Shown here: positions 38,774 to 49,154 of the stretch, piece by piece
Numbering within the stretch: the first letter of the stretch is position 1
Layout: each line of letters opens with the position of its first letter
Assembly (NCBI GenBank): GCA_017477425.1
Contig: JAFUVT010000006.1
Coordinates: 2,161-66,160, forward strand
DNA from: Bacteroidales bacterium
GTDB lineage: Bacteria > Bacteroidota > Bacteroidia > Bacteroidales > F082
Length of the DNA: 64,000 nt
Direction of reading: 5' to 3'
Program-made: the position numbers and the translations under genes
The notes under the pieces: generated by a model
What the model saw: only the letters and a program-made list of their open reading frames with translations
Told to the model about the DNA's origin: nothing
Database searches by the model: none

Positions 38774-39472
38774 ATGGATCTCAATAAACACAAATTCTAC
38801 ATGTTGCAGATTCTGAAAGACTTTTTTTCGGATGCAGAATTGGCAGACTGTTTAGGTTTCAAAGGCGGAACTGCGTTGATGTTTTTCTACGACCTGCCTC
38901 GTTTTTCCGTGGATTTGGATTTCAACTTACTTGACCCGAACGAGGAAAAATCGGTGTATGAAAAAGTGAGAAACATTTTGTTGAAATACGGGAAAATCCA
39001 TGACGAGGCGTTGAAGTTTTTCGGGGCTGTCTTTGTCTTGGATTACGGACAAAACGAGCGAAAACTAAAAGTGGAAATCTCCAATAGGCAATACGACAAC
39101 CATTACGAAATCAAGAACTTACTGGGAATCGAAATGCGAGTATTAGTCAAATCGGATATGTTTGCCCACAAACTGTGCGCATTGCTCGACAGAACCGAAA
39201 TCACGGGGCGCGACATTTTCGACTGTTGGTTTTTCCTGAGCTCGCATACACCTGTAAATGCGGCTATCGTAGAAAGCAGGATGGGAATGCCATTGCAGGA
39301 TTACCTCCAACGCTGCATCGAAACCGTGGAACAAGTGAGCGACAAAACCATCATGAACGGCTTGGGCGAACTGACTGACGGTAAAACGAAGAAATTCGCC
39401 AAAACCAAGCTCAAGAAAGAAACCGTTTCGTTGCTGATGTTCTTTAAGGCGTTTCCTGTGACGGTGTCATAA
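38774..39472 (+). CDS. AbiEii/AbiGii-family nucleotidyltransferase toxin (DUF1814)
   Basis: GFKGGTALMFFYDLPRFSVDLDFNL is the family's NTase motif. 232 aa. Confidence 0.75.
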   Translation: MDLNKHKFYMLQILKDFFSDAELADCLGFKGGTALMFFYDLPRFSVDLDFNLLDPNEEKSVYEKVRNILLKYGKIHDEALKFFGAVFVLDYGQNERKLKVEISNRQYDNHYEIKNLLGIEMRVLVKSDMFAHKLCALLDRTEITGRDIFDCWFFLSSHTPVNAAIVESRMGMPLQDYLQRCIETVEQVSDKTIMNGLGELTDGKTKKFAKTKLKKETVSLLMFFKAFPVTVS

Positions 39473-39473
39473 C

Positions 39474-39512
39474 AAAATCGGCTCAAATCCTTCGCGAATT
39501 TGAGCCGATTTT
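39474..39512. terminator. Bidirectional intrinsic terminator between abiEii and proS
   Basis: AAAATCGGCTCAAAT / ATTTGAGCCGATTTT, a 12-bp stem. Confidence 0.7.
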
Positions 39513-39531
39513 AGGTAAAAAATGAGCCGAT

Positions 39532-41259
39532 TTAGTCTTCGGGCGTCAAAGCCGCAATCATTTCAGCAATCTTGGCCTTCACCTCGTCGACGAAATTGTC
39601 GGGGTTGAGGTCGGCCTTGAAGCTCTTGTCGCGCGAGGCGAACTCAAGGGCGTTGCGCTCCAGCGTCTTGGGGCTGACCACGATGCGCAGCGGCACGCCG
39701 AGCAAGTCGGCATCGGAGAACATCACGCCGGCGCTGATGTTGCGGTCGTCGTAGATGACCTCAACGCCAGCTTTCTTCAGGTCTTCGTAGACCTTGTCGG
39801 CCACGCGACGCACGTTCTCGTCGGCCACGCGCAAGGCGCACACCTCGACCTGCCACGGGGCGATGGTGATGGGCCAAATGGGGCCGTAGTCGTCGCGGCT
39901 CACCTGGCAGACCGAAGCCATCAAACGACCCACGCCGATGCCATAGCAGCCCATGATGGGATATTTCAGCGTGTTGTCGCTGTCGAGGTACTGCATGTTC
40001 ATCGACTCGGTGTATTTCGTGCCGAGTTGGAAGATATTACCCACCTCGATGCCACGGCTGATGGTGATGCTGTGCTTGCCGCACACGGGGCAGATGCCGC
40101 CTTCGGTGGCCTTGGCGATGCTGTCGTATTTCACTTCGCCAAGGTCGCGGGCCATGTTCATGCCTTTGTAGTGATAGTTCGTCTTGTTGGCGCCAGCCAC
40201 AAACGAGTTCAAGGTCTTCAGCGACTCGTCGTACACCACGGTGATGCCTTCCGGCAGACCCTTCGGTCCGATGAAGCCTGGGCAGATGCCCATCTCGGGC
40301 GTGACATTGGCCGCGTGGACTTCAGCGCCGAGCAGGTTGCGGAGCTTGGTCTCGTTCACTTCGAGGTCGCCGCGCAAAAAGGCGATGACCAACGAATCAT
40401 CCATATTACGCTGATACAGCACAGCTTTGCACGATTGCAGCGGCGAAGCGTGGAGGTAGTTGCACACATCCTCGATGGTCTTTTGGTCGGGGGTGTAGAC
40501 CTCTTCCAAAGGCTCGATGGGATACTCCTCGTTATGAACAATGCAGTCGGCGGCTTCGCTGTTGGAGCGGTAACCGCATTCGGGGCAGATGACGATGGTG
40601 TCCTCACCGATTTCCGTGAGCAGCATAAACTCGTGTGAGATGCGGCCACCCATCATGCCCGAGTCGGACTTCACAGCCACCACCTGCGGCACGCCACAGC
40701 GGCTGAAAATGCGCTCGTAGGCGCGATAAGCCAAGGCATAGTAGCGTTCCAAATCCTCCTGCGAGGTGTGGAAGCTGTAGGCATCCTTCATCGTGAACTC
40801 GCGAGTGCGGATGAGGCCGGCACGCGAACGGGGTTCATCGCGGAACTTGGTCTGGATTTGGTAAATCATGAAGGGATACTGCGTGTAGCTCTTCGCGGCG
40901 TCGCGGGCGAGTTGCACGGCGGCTTCCTCGTGGGTCATGCCCAGCACCATGTCGATGCCGTTGCGGTCCTTGAAGCGGAGCAGCTCCGAGCCGATGCTCG
41001 TGTAGCGCCCCGACTCCTGCCAAAGCGTTCCAGGCATCACCACGGGAAACATAACCTCTTGACCATCAATGCGGTCCATTTCCTCACGGATGATGTTCTC
41101 TATCTTTTTCGCGATGCGTTTGGCGGGCATGAAGAAGGAAAACAAGCCCGTGCCGACCGACTTGATGTAGCCGCCACGCACCATCAGTGCCTGACTCTCG
41201 ACGACGCAATCAGCAGGTGCCTTCTTGAATCTTTCTCCCAATAAAACTGAAACTTTCAT
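39532..41259 (-). CDS. proS: Proline--tRNA ligase, bacterial type with INS editing domain
   Basis: 575 aa. The class II motifs and an inserted editing domain of about 180 aa are visible. Confidence 0.9.
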   Translation of the reverse strand: MKVSVLLGERFKKAPADCVVESQALMVRGGYIKSVGTGLFSFFMPAKRIAKKIENIIREEMDRIDGQEVMFPVVMPGTLWQESGRYTSIGSELLRFKDRNGIDMVLGMTHEEAAVQLARDAAKSYTQYPFMIYQIQTKFRDEPRSRAGLIRTREFTMKDAYSFHTSQEDLERYYALAYRAYERIFSRCGVPQVVAVKSDSGMMGGRISHEFMLLTEIGEDTIVICPECGYRSNSEAADCIVHNEEYPIEPLEEVYTPDQKTIEDVCNYLHASPLQSCKAVLYQRNMDDSLVIAFLRGDLEVNETKLRNLLGAEVHAANVTPEMGICPGFIGPKGLPEGITVVYDESLKTLNSFVAGANKTNYHYKGMNMARDLGEVKYDSIAKATEGGICPVCGKHSITISRGIEVGNIFQLGTKYTESMNMQYLDSDNTLKYPIMGCYGIGVGRLMASVCQVSRDDYGPIWPITIAPWQVEVCALRVADENVRRVADKVYEDLKKAGVEVIYDDRNISAGVMFSDADLLGVPLRIVVSPKTLERNALEFASRDKSFKADLNPDNFVDEVKAKIAEMIAALTPED

Positions 41260-41317
41260 ATCTGGTTATTTTATTTGTTCGTTTTGGGCGGCAAAGGTAC
41301 GGAATTTTTCGTTGTCC

Positions 41318-43975
41318 TTAATGTTGAATGACGACCTTTCTCGTCACCACCTTGCCACCGACCACATGCACAAAGTACATTCCCGACGGCAGGTCGCTCA
41401 CGTCGATGGTGGTCGAGCCCTTCACGCTAAAGCCACGCACCTTGGCACCCAGCGAATTGATGATCACGACGCTGGCACTGCCTTTGTCATAATCCGTGGT
41501 GATGGTCAAATGGTCGTTGGCGGGATTGGGAGTGATGGACAAATGGAACGGCTCGGCATCCACATCGGGCAGTTCGGGGACTTCCGTCAGGATGTCGGTG
41601 TTGTGGCTGTAGGTCACCACCTTAGCCGAAACCCTCAGAATCGGGTTGCTGGAGTTGTTGCAATCGGGGCAGCTGTTTTGGCCGCTCACGCAGTCGGGAT
41701 AGTTGGGGTGGCATTGGTCGACATAGGTCGGGTCGAACTCATAAAGCAGGTCGGCACTGCCATTGGCGAGATAGCTGTCGAGGCTGTAGTCCCACACCAT
41801 CGTCATGCTGCCTGGACACCATCCGGCGCGGTTATAGGTCCAAGTGCCGTTTTGGGGTTGGCAGCCAGCGGGGTTGGGATTACAGGTCTGCCAGAGATCC
41901 TGCGTGTAAACCGTGCCTCCGTTGATGTTGATGTTGTGGGTGGCGTGATAGAACTCAGCGGCATTGCCCGTGTTGTAGGCGCCGTTGCCCGTATCGCTCC
42001 AGTTGTGGCCCGAAGTGGTGAGTTGTAGTTTGGCTTTCTCGACGCAAGGGTCAAATTCCACCGTGCGCATTGGGATGGGGCAAAGGTTTTCGTAATCGCC
42101 GAAAGAATAGTTGCCGTACCAGATTTCCTGCATGTCAACATATGGATACTCGGGCATACCTTTGGTATACTCAAAGACGGCCGTGGGATTGTAGCCATCG
42201 CCCGTGGCGTAGTTCTCGCAGTAGTATTCAAACTCGACGAGGCCTTGCAGCACGGAGGTGAAATCAGTCACATCGAGGTCGTCGATGCATTCCACGCCGA
42301 AGGGGGTGATGTAGCGGCAAAGCTCCACCCATTCGCCACGGTAGTTCTTCACGCGCACATGGCTGGCATGGTCGTAGGTGTTGCAGTTGCCGTTGACGCA
42401 GTTGTGCAAATAATGCAAGTTAATGGCATTGAATGCGTTGACATGCGTCGGGAAGGGGAACTCGCCGTAGGCAGTGAAATTCGTATTGTCGACGATCACC
42501 TCACCATTGAGGGCGGTCACCACCATGTCATCGTAATCGGTGGTCACCTCAAAAGTGTTGGAAGCCGTCGTGACCTTGCCGCCGGTTTGGGTGATGCTCA
42601 CGGTCATGTTGTAGGAGCCTTCGCCCGAGGGTGTCCAAGTGGTGTACCAATAGCCGTTGTCAGGGTTGTCGGGATAGTCGGTCTTCAAATAGAGCTCTTG
42701 ACCATCGACATTGCATGTCATCTGCTCAAACTTGATGGCGTTGGCATGGTCGATGTAGGCGCTCAACACAATCATCACGGGGTTGTCGAAGTTGGGCATA
42801 TACACCTTGGTGCCCTCGTAGGGACGACGGATGGTGATTTTTGGCGCATAGTTCTCAGGGTCAACCACATAGAAGGTACGCATCACCGAGGGAGCGGGTT
42901 GCCATTGCGTGCCGTCACCAGGCTGGATGGCACGAACTTTCACTGTGCCTTCCTCGCCCGTGAGGGTGAGGATGTTGCCATCGATGGTAGCGGGGCCTTG
43001 CACGACCTCGAAGGTCACGGGCAGGCCCGAGGTAGCCGTGGCTTGCAGCGTGATAGGCTCGTTGTAAACCAACTGGTCGGGGATTTCGGCGAAGTCGATG
43101 AACTGTGCTGCCAAGCCGCCAGGAATGTAGCGGATGACGAGGTTGTCGAAGCCGCACCAGCCACTGTTGAGCATGAAGATCTTATCCCACTTGGCGGGGT
43201 CGAATTTGTCGCCGCTGCCTGGGGTCAGACCCACATTCAGGCCTTGGCATTCCGGCACGGCTTCCCACTCGCCGTTGGGCACATTGGCATACATACCGTA
43301 AAGCGTTACGGCACCTGCGCCATCGTTGGCATCCAGGTCGATGGAGACCTTCCAACGAACCCATTCCTTCTCCGGCACTGGCACCGGGAAATTGCAAGCG
43401 GGTGTGTTATTAGGCAGGACAATGCCTTTGATGAAGAGCGGGTCCGTGTCGCTGCCCGTGAGAAGCATATACACGCCGCCATCGGGGCTGGTGCTGTTCG
43501 CGTCGGGGTTGATGGGCTCGTAATTGGCGTGACCAGGAGCCGGCGTAACGGGAGGCAGGACGGAGCCGTCGCCATCGCCGTCGTAGCCGATGCCGAACAA
43601 AGTGCCCCACCATTCGCGCAGCTGGTCGCATTCAATCTCGATGATACCGCCGTTGGAGAAGTCGAAGCCATACTGCGAGATGTCGTGCGTGGCGATGTCG
43701 CCAAAGCCCGTACCCGAGGCGTGCGAAAACACGCCGATGGTCTCGTCGGCCGTGGGGGTCACCGGCGTGGTGCCCCAAAACTGGCCCAAGTAATCGGTGT
43801 ACATGGGACCCATGCTACCGTTGCCGGCGCTGTGCACGCGGACGTACCAGCCGTCTTGGCCATTCAGGATTTGTCCTTCAGCGTAATTGTTGAAGTCGAA
43901 GACTTTTTCAACTTGGGCCATCAGCCCGATGCTCGTCAGGAGCATCATTACAAGGAGAGATAAGGTTTTTTTCAT
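41318..43975 (-). CDS. Secreted multidomain protein with a peptide-N-glycosidase F-like domain and a T9SS C-terminal sorting domain
   Basis: CNTYDHASHVRVKNYRGEWVELCRYITPFG and NRAGWCPGSMT parallel PNGase F (CDEWDRYANVYVKN..GEWYEIGRFITPY, DRAGWCPGM). C-terminus ITPNPANDHLTI...GMYFVHVVGGKVVTRKVVI. Confidence 0.65.
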   Translation of the reverse strand: MKKTLSLLVMMLLTSIGLMAQVEKVFDFNNYAEGQILNGQDGWYVRVHSAGNGSMGPMYTDYLGQFWGTTPVTPTADETIGVFSHASGTGFGDIATHDISQYGFDFSNGGIIEIECDQLREWWGTLFGIGYDGDGDGSVLPPVTPAPGHANYEPINPDANSTSPDGGVYMLLTGSDTDPLFIKGIVLPNNTPACNFPVPVPEKEWVRWKVSIDLDANDGAGAVTLYGMYANVPNGEWEAVPECQGLNVGLTPGSGDKFDPAKWDKIFMLNSGWCGFDNLVIRYIPGGLAAQFIDFAEIPDQLVYNEPITLQATATSGLPVTFEVVQGPATIDGNILTLTGEEGTVKVRAIQPGDGTQWQPAPSVMRTFYVVDPENYAPKITIRRPYEGTKVYMPNFDNPVMIVLSAYIDHANAIKFEQMTCNVDGQELYLKTDYPDNPDNGYWYTTWTPSGEGSYNMTVSITQTGGKVTTASNTFEVTTDYDDMVVTALNGEVIVDNTNFTAYGEFPFPTHVNAFNAINLHYLHNCVNGNCNTYDHASHVRVKNYRGEWVELCRYITPFGVECIDDLDVTDFTSVLQGLVEFEYYCENYATGDGYNPTAVFEYTKGMPEYPYVDMQEIWYGNYSFGDYENLCPIPMRTVEFDPCVEKAKLQLTTSGHNWSDTGNGAYNTGNAAEFYHATHNININGGTVYTQDLWQTCNPNPAGCQPQNGTWTYNRAGWCPGSMTMVWDYSLDSYLANGSADLLYEFDPTYVDQCHPNYPDCVSGQNSCPDCNNSSNPILRVSAKVVTYSHNTDILTEVPELPDVDAEPFHLSITPNPANDHLTITTDYDKGSASVVIINSLGAKVRGFSVKGSTTIDVSDLPSGMYFVHVVGGKVVTRKVVIQH

Positions 43976-44020
43976 TGTATTATGAGTTTTATTTTAAAAA
44001 TCAATTGTTTAACAGTCTGT

Positions 44021-45709
44021 TCATCTATCATTCCACCACACCTTGGTTTGTCGCGTGTCGCCGTGCGACATTCGGGCAAGTTGCGTGGTGTAGTTCTCGT
44101 AGTTGTATTCGATTTCCTTCTGGGGGTATTCCATGCGGAATGAGGTCAGCTTGGCGTGGTTGGTGGTGGTGGGCGTCGCCATGGTGCGGCGTGCCAGAGC
44201 CCAAGCTTCCCAAGGCTGACGGAAGAGGTTGAGCCAACGCTGCTGATAAATCATGTTCAGATAGGCCTCATTGGAATAGTCGAAGTTGGGGTTCATATAC
44301 ACGGCATAGTTCATCACATTGGCCGCCATGTTGTTGCAGTAAGCCCAAATGTTCAAATCGCCAATGTAGTTGGTATACTGTGGGTAGAAATAGGTCCAGC
44401 GACTGGTTTGCTGCGGCATATGGGTCCAGAAGAGGAACGACTGATAGATGCCCGAACGGATGGATTCGTCGGCGTTGAGCGGCGGCGTGATGCCACCGAT
44501 ATTTCTCACCTCAATTTCGGCCTTCATGAAGAGCACATCAGCGTAGGTCACGAGGATTTGGGGAACATATTTCTCATCGCGAGTGAGATAATAGTTGAAC
44601 GGCGAATAGAGGCACGAGGGGCCTTTGAAGGTGTAGCTGCCGTCGCGGCTCTGGGCGTAAGGCGAACCGCCTTCAGTGGGCGTCTCCGTGGTGCGGATTT
44701 GCGGATAGGCGTGCCAGGCACCATCGGGGAAGCTGTCGGTCTTGTGGCTCGTGTCGAAGAAGAGGAAGGTGCGATAGTCGAAGATGCCGCTGCCGTCCAT
44801 GTCGTCGGTCGAGGAGAGGACGCTCCAGATGGTTTCGCCCATGCGGAGGTGCTTGTGTTCGCGGAACGACCAGTTGACATCCCAACTCGTACCCAACACA
44901 CTGGGCCACAAGCAGATGCCGCCACCCGTAGCCATACCGCCCGAAGAGCTCATCTTGGTGTAGATGAAGTTGTAGGCCTTGACCAATAATGGTGTGGCAT
45001 ATTCAGAGTCTTTGTCGTACATGCGCAAGCCGTGGCGCAGGATGAGCGAGTTGGCGAACTCGGCCCAAAGTGTGTAGTCGTTGTTGAGCAGCACGTCGTA
45101 GGGCAGCTTATAGTATTCGTTGCCGCTGACGGTGGTGGCTGAATCGGCATGGAGCACGTCGCGCGACCAAACCAAGTCTTCCAACAGCGACTTGTAGATG
45201 CTTTCCTGGGTGTCCCACTCGGGTTTCATCGTGGCCTGCGAAGCGGCGTTTTCCCAGATGCGACCCGCCTGTGAATAGGGCATGTCGCCGAAGATGTCCG
45301 TGACCTTGAAGGTCTGATAGGCCTTCAGGATGTTGAGTTGGGCGCGAGCCTTGTCGCACACGGCAGCGTCGCCTTGCTCCTCGCCGTAGGCATCGAAGCG
45401 ATTCTCAATCTCGCGGATATTGGACAGCATGAGGTAGTAGTCCGACCATACATTCGAGGTTCCGATTTGGGAGTTGCCCCACGACTCTGACGTCAGGGCG
45501 CCGAGCTCCGTTTCGGGATACCAGATCTCATTTTGCAGATAGAACTGCTCGTTCATGCTCTGCTGCATGGAGCTCACCACGCCGTTAAACAAGGCCTCGA
45601 TGGTCGTCCCCGTCGGCGAAAACGGGTCTTGGTTCATCTCTTCGAAGCCTTTAGTACATGAAGCCAACAATAGGGCAATTGCACTTATTACAATGATACT
45701 TTTTTTCAT
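44021..45709 (-). CDS. SusD/RagB-family nutrient-binding outer-membrane lipoprotein
   Basis: Lipobox LLASC, 562 aa, immediately downstream of SusC. Confidence 0.85.
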   Translation of the reverse strand: MKKSIIVISAIALLLASCTKGFEEMNQDPFSPTGTTIEALFNGVVSSMQQSMNEQFYLQNEIWYPETELGALTSESWGNSQIGTSNVWSDYYLMLSNIREIENRFDAYGEEQGDAAVCDKARAQLNILKAYQTFKVTDIFGDMPYSQAGRIWENAASQATMKPEWDTQESIYKSLLEDLVWSRDVLHADSATTVSGNEYYKLPYDVLLNNDYTLWAEFANSLILRHGLRMYDKDSEYATPLLVKAYNFIYTKMSSSGGMATGGGICLWPSVLGTSWDVNWSFREHKHLRMGETIWSVLSSTDDMDGSGIFDYRTFLFFDTSHKTDSFPDGAWHAYPQIRTTETPTEGGSPYAQSRDGSYTFKGPSCLYSPFNYYLTRDEKYVPQILVTYADVLFMKAEIEVRNIGGITPPLNADESIRSGIYQSFLFWTHMPQQTSRWTYFYPQYTNYIGDLNIWAYCNNMAANVMNYAVYMNPNFDYSNEAYLNMIYQQRWLNLFRQPWEAWALARRTMATPTTTNHAKLTSFRMEYPQKEIEYNYENYTTQLARMSHGDTRQTKVWWNDR

Positions 45710-45720
45710 GACAATTCGAA

Positions 45721-48700
45721 TTACAGGTTGACTTTAAAGGTAAGCATAAACGACCGCGTTCCAGGATAGGAGGCGTATTCCAGGCCTTGGGCGTTGCCGG
45801 AGCCTTGGGTGCCTTCGGGGTTGATGTTGTCGGGAAGGGTCTTGTAAATATAGAACAGGTCGCGGCCCACGAGGGAGATGGAAGCCTGCTTGAAGAGGTT
45901 CTGCTTGTCGAGCCACTTGCGCGGGAAGTCGTAGGTGAGCGAGAGCTCGCGCAGCTTAATCCAAGTGTTGTTGACGATGCCAGGGGTGCTGAGGATGTTG
46001 CCCCAGCCGCCGAAGTTGGGCATGTATTTATAGAGGTAATGCACCACATGGTCGTTCTCGACAGCCTCGCCCGTCTCGGTGTTGATGCAATAGCCAGGCA
46101 AGATGACGCCGTAGTTGCCAAGGAACTCGTCGTTTTCGTAGTAGGGCAGGCCATTGCCGTCGCGCTCATACAGCGTTTCGAGGCTTTGGCCCGTCTGCAT
46201 GGCCACCACATAGGAAGCGCAATAGATCTGGCCTCCCAACTTGGCATCGACCAAGGCATAGAGCGACCAATTCTTGTAGGAAGCCCTTAAATTGACACCG
46301 CCCGTGACCAAAGGCGCACAGTTGCCTACCGGCACGCGGTTGCTGGTCTTCAGATAGGTGGTGCCCGTCTCGTTGAGCAACGGCATCGGCTTGCCGTTTT
46401 CGTCGTAGAAAGGTCCCACCGTCGAGCCGTCGGGCATGGTGTATTCATACACATAGTCCCAGCCGTAGATGGTGCCGTACTCCTCCCCTTCTTCCACGGC
46501 GATGGCGGGACCATTGGAGCCCCAAATCTCCGAAAGCAGGTACATGTCGGAGCCCGCCAGGTCGACGATGCGGTTCTTGTTGCGGGCCAAGTTGAGGCCA
46601 ACTTGCACGCCGTAGTCCTTGCCTTGGGCAAGGTCGTAGGTCAAAATGGCCTCGATGCCCTTGTTGGTCACCACGCCCGTGTTGATGGTCACGTTGTTGG
46701 CGCCCGACGAAGGTGCCAGCGGCGAGGAAAGGATTTGGTCCCAGCTGTAGATGTCGTAATAGGTGAAGTCCATGTTGAAACGGGCACCCAAGCCGAGGTC
46801 GAAGCCCAATTCATAGGCGCGTTGGCGCTGGGGTTTCAGCTCCAACGGTGGCACCACGGTCGGCAAGGTGGCGGACAACTGATTGCCGAACGAACCCGTG
46901 TTGTATGTATAAGTCAACTGATACGGCTCGGTGTCGCTGGCGGTTTGTGCCCACGACGCTCTCAGTTTCAGGAAGCTCACCGGACCCCAGTTCCAGTTCT
47001 TGAAGGCCGAAGTCGGCACAAAACTCAAGGTGGCCGAAGGATAGAAATAGCTGTTGTTGGTAATCGGCAAGGTCGACGACCAGTCGTTACGCCCCGTGAT
47101 GTCCAGGAACATCCAGTCGCTGTAACTCAAGTTGAAGAAGGCATAGAGCGAATTGACTTGCTTCTCCCACATCGACTCGCCGAAGGTGCGTTCGGTGGCG
47201 TTGGAGTAGTTGTTGATGGCATAGAGGTTGGCGTAGGCCCATCTGCCCGAGGTGCCGTTCAGTCCGTCGCGATAGCCATAGTATTGTTCACCGCCCGCCG
47301 AGAGACGCACGTTGAACTTCGAGCCGAAAATCTTGTCTTTGTAGGCCGTCAGCAGGAAGTCCATGTCGCGGGTCACTGAGTTCGACTTGCTCTTCGAGTA
47401 GTAGCCGCCCGCCATGCCGTCGATGGTGGTAGGCTTGTGCTTGGTGGTATAGCTGTCGGCAGTCCAGTCCAAAGCCACTTTCGCGCTGGCGCTCAGCCAA
47501 GGCGTGATGTCGTACATCAGGCGTACGGAGCCGTACATCTTGTCGCGGTCGAGGGTCGTGTTGTTGTTGTAGAACGTCCAGAACGTACTATTGTAGATGT
47601 ACATGTAGGGATAGCCGTCGAATTGGTTCATCGTACCGTCTTCGTTCTCGTAGGTCGTAGTCTCGAGGCCTTTCCAGCTACGCGGCCAGCTGTAAAGCAA
47701 GCCCTTGTTGAAGTTGCTGTTCGACTCACCGATTTCAGGCGAGTTCAAGCGGTAGTAGTCCAAGTAGTTGAACGCCACGTCGACTTTGATTTTGTCGGAG
47801 ACATTAATTAAGGTACCCACGTTGACCGTGGTCTGACGCAAGTTGCAGTTGTCGATGATGGCATTGGTGCGCGAGTCGGTGAACGACACGCGGACGCTGC
47901 CGAAGTCGCCGGCATTCTGGAACGCCACGTTGTGGTTCATCGTGTGGCCGTTCTTGAAGAGCATCTTCAAGTTGTCGGGTTGCGGATCGTATTTTCGGAT
48001 TTGTCCATCCCACCAAAGGACGCTTTCGCCATTCATCTCGGGGCCCCAACTCTGGGCGCCGCCATAGTAGCCGAAGGTGGTGTTGGTGGGTTCGCCTGCG
48101 GGACCGTCGTCGACGCTGTAAATGCCCGGATATTCATACACTTGGTTGCCGTTCTCGTCGGTCATGCCCTCGATAGGCTTCAAGGTCGGCGTGTGGAAGG
48201 TAATGGGGCCGCCAGCACCGTATTTGTTCTGCACCGTGCGGTACATATACGGCGTAGTCACCTTGAAACTAGCGGAATAGCTGATGCCGAGGCCGCGTTG
48301 TTTCGAGCCTTTCTTGGTCGTGATGAGCACCACGCCGTTGCCGCCACGCGAGCCGTAAAGGGCCGCTGCCGTGGGGCCTTTCAGGATGTCGAGGCTCTCA
48401 ATGTCCTCCTGGTTGATGTTGTTGAGGGCCGTACCCCAGTCGCGACCGCCGCTCCACGAGGTGACACCGCCTTCGTTGGTCATCGGAACGCCGTCCACGA
48501 CGATGAGCGGTTGGTTGTCGCCGAAGATGCTGTTGTTGCCACGGATGGTGATACGCGACGAGCCGCCGTCGACGCCGTTCGGGTTGATGATCTGCACACC
48601 TGCCGAGCGGCCGCTCAAGGCGCTGATGACGCTGCCCGAGCCCGACTTGGCAATCATCTCGCCGCCGATTTCTTCGGTGGCATAGCCCAACTCGCGTTTC

Positions 48701-49053
48701 TGACGTTTGATGCCGAGGGCGGTGACCACCACGTCGTCGAGTGTTTGTGCGTCCACTTCAAGGGTCACGTCGATTTTGGTTTTGCCTTTGATGGCGACTT
48801 CTTTGGTTTTGTAGCCTACAAAGCTGAAAACCAGCACGTCCTGACCGTCGGCTTTCACCATGTAGTTACCGTCCATGTCGGTCACGGTACCATTTGAAGT
48901 GCCTTTCACTTGCACGGTCACGCCAGGCAGTCCGTAGCCGTCGTCGCTCGAGACCACCTTACCGCTCACCGCGATGCTTTGTGCGAGGACGGCAAAAGGC
49001 GAAAACAACATGGCAAGAAAGAAAAAGAAAAGGAGTAAAGTTTTCTTGTTCAT
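45721..49053 (-). CDS. SusC/RagA-family TonB-dependent outer-membrane transporter
   Basis: Signal peptide, carboxypeptidase-regulatory-like domain (VSGKVVSSDDGYGLPGVTVQVKGTSNGTVTDMDGNY), plug and barrel. The start is set at MNKKTLL (49053). A TATCTTTG box lies upstream. Confidence 0.9.
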   Translation of the reverse strand: MNKKTLLLFFFFLAMLFSPFAVLAQSIAVSGKVVSSDDGYGLPGVTVQVKGTSNGTVTDMDGNYMVKADGQDVLVFSFVGYKTKEVAIKGKTKIDVTLEVDAQTLDDVVVTALGIKRQKRELGYATEEIGGEMIAKSGSGSVISALSGRSAGVQIINPNGVDGGSSRITIRGNNSIFGDNQPLIVVDGVPMTNEGGVTSWSGGRDWGTALNNINQEDIESLDILKGPTAAALYGSRGGNGVVLITTKKGSKQRGLGISYSASFKVTTPYMYRTVQNKYGAGGPITFHTPTLKPIEGMTDENGNQVYEYPGIYSVDDGPAGEPTNTTFGYYGGAQSWGPEMNGESVLWWDGQIRKYDPQPDNLKMLFKNGHTMNHNVAFQNAGDFGSVRVSFTDSRTNAIIDNCNLRQTTVNVGTLINVSDKIKVDVAFNYLDYYRLNSPEIGESNSNFNKGLLYSWPRSWKGLETTTYENEDGTMNQFDGYPYMYIYNSTFWTFYNNNTTLDRDKMYGSVRLMYDITPWLSASAKVALDWTADSYTTKHKPTTIDGMAGGYYSKSKSNSVTRDMDFLLTAYKDKIFGSKFNVRLSAGGEQYYGYRDGLNGTSGRWAYANLYAINNYSNATERTFGESMWEKQVNSLYAFFNLSYSDWMFLDITGRNDWSSTLPITNNSYFYPSATLSFVPTSAFKNWNWGPVSFLKLRASWAQTASDTEPYQLTYTYNTGSFGNQLSATLPTVVPPLELKPQRQRAYELGFDLGLGARFNMDFTYYDIYSWDQILSSPLAPSSGANNVTINTGVVTNKGIEAILTYDLAQGKDYGVQVGLNLARNKNRIVDLAGSDMYLLSEIWGSNGPAIAVEEGEEYGTIYGWDYVYEYTMPDGSTVGPFYDENGKPMPLLNETGTTYLKTSNRVPVGNCAPLVTGGVNLRASYKNWSLYALVDAKLGGQIYCASYVVAMQTGQSLETLYERDGNGLPYYENDEFLGNYGVILPGYCINTETGEAVENDHVVHYLYKYMPNFGGWGNILSTPGIVNNTWIKLRELSLTYDFPRKWLDKQNLFKQASISLVGRDLFYIYKTLPDNINPEGTQGSGNAQGLEYASYPGTRSFMLTFKVNL

Positions 49054-49154
49054 AACGAATTGTATTAAAATTTCGGCAAAGATAAGGTTTTTCCGAAATA
49101 TGCTTAGCCAAAACAAATATTTCCTATCTTTGACCCCGAAAAACTTCAAGAATA

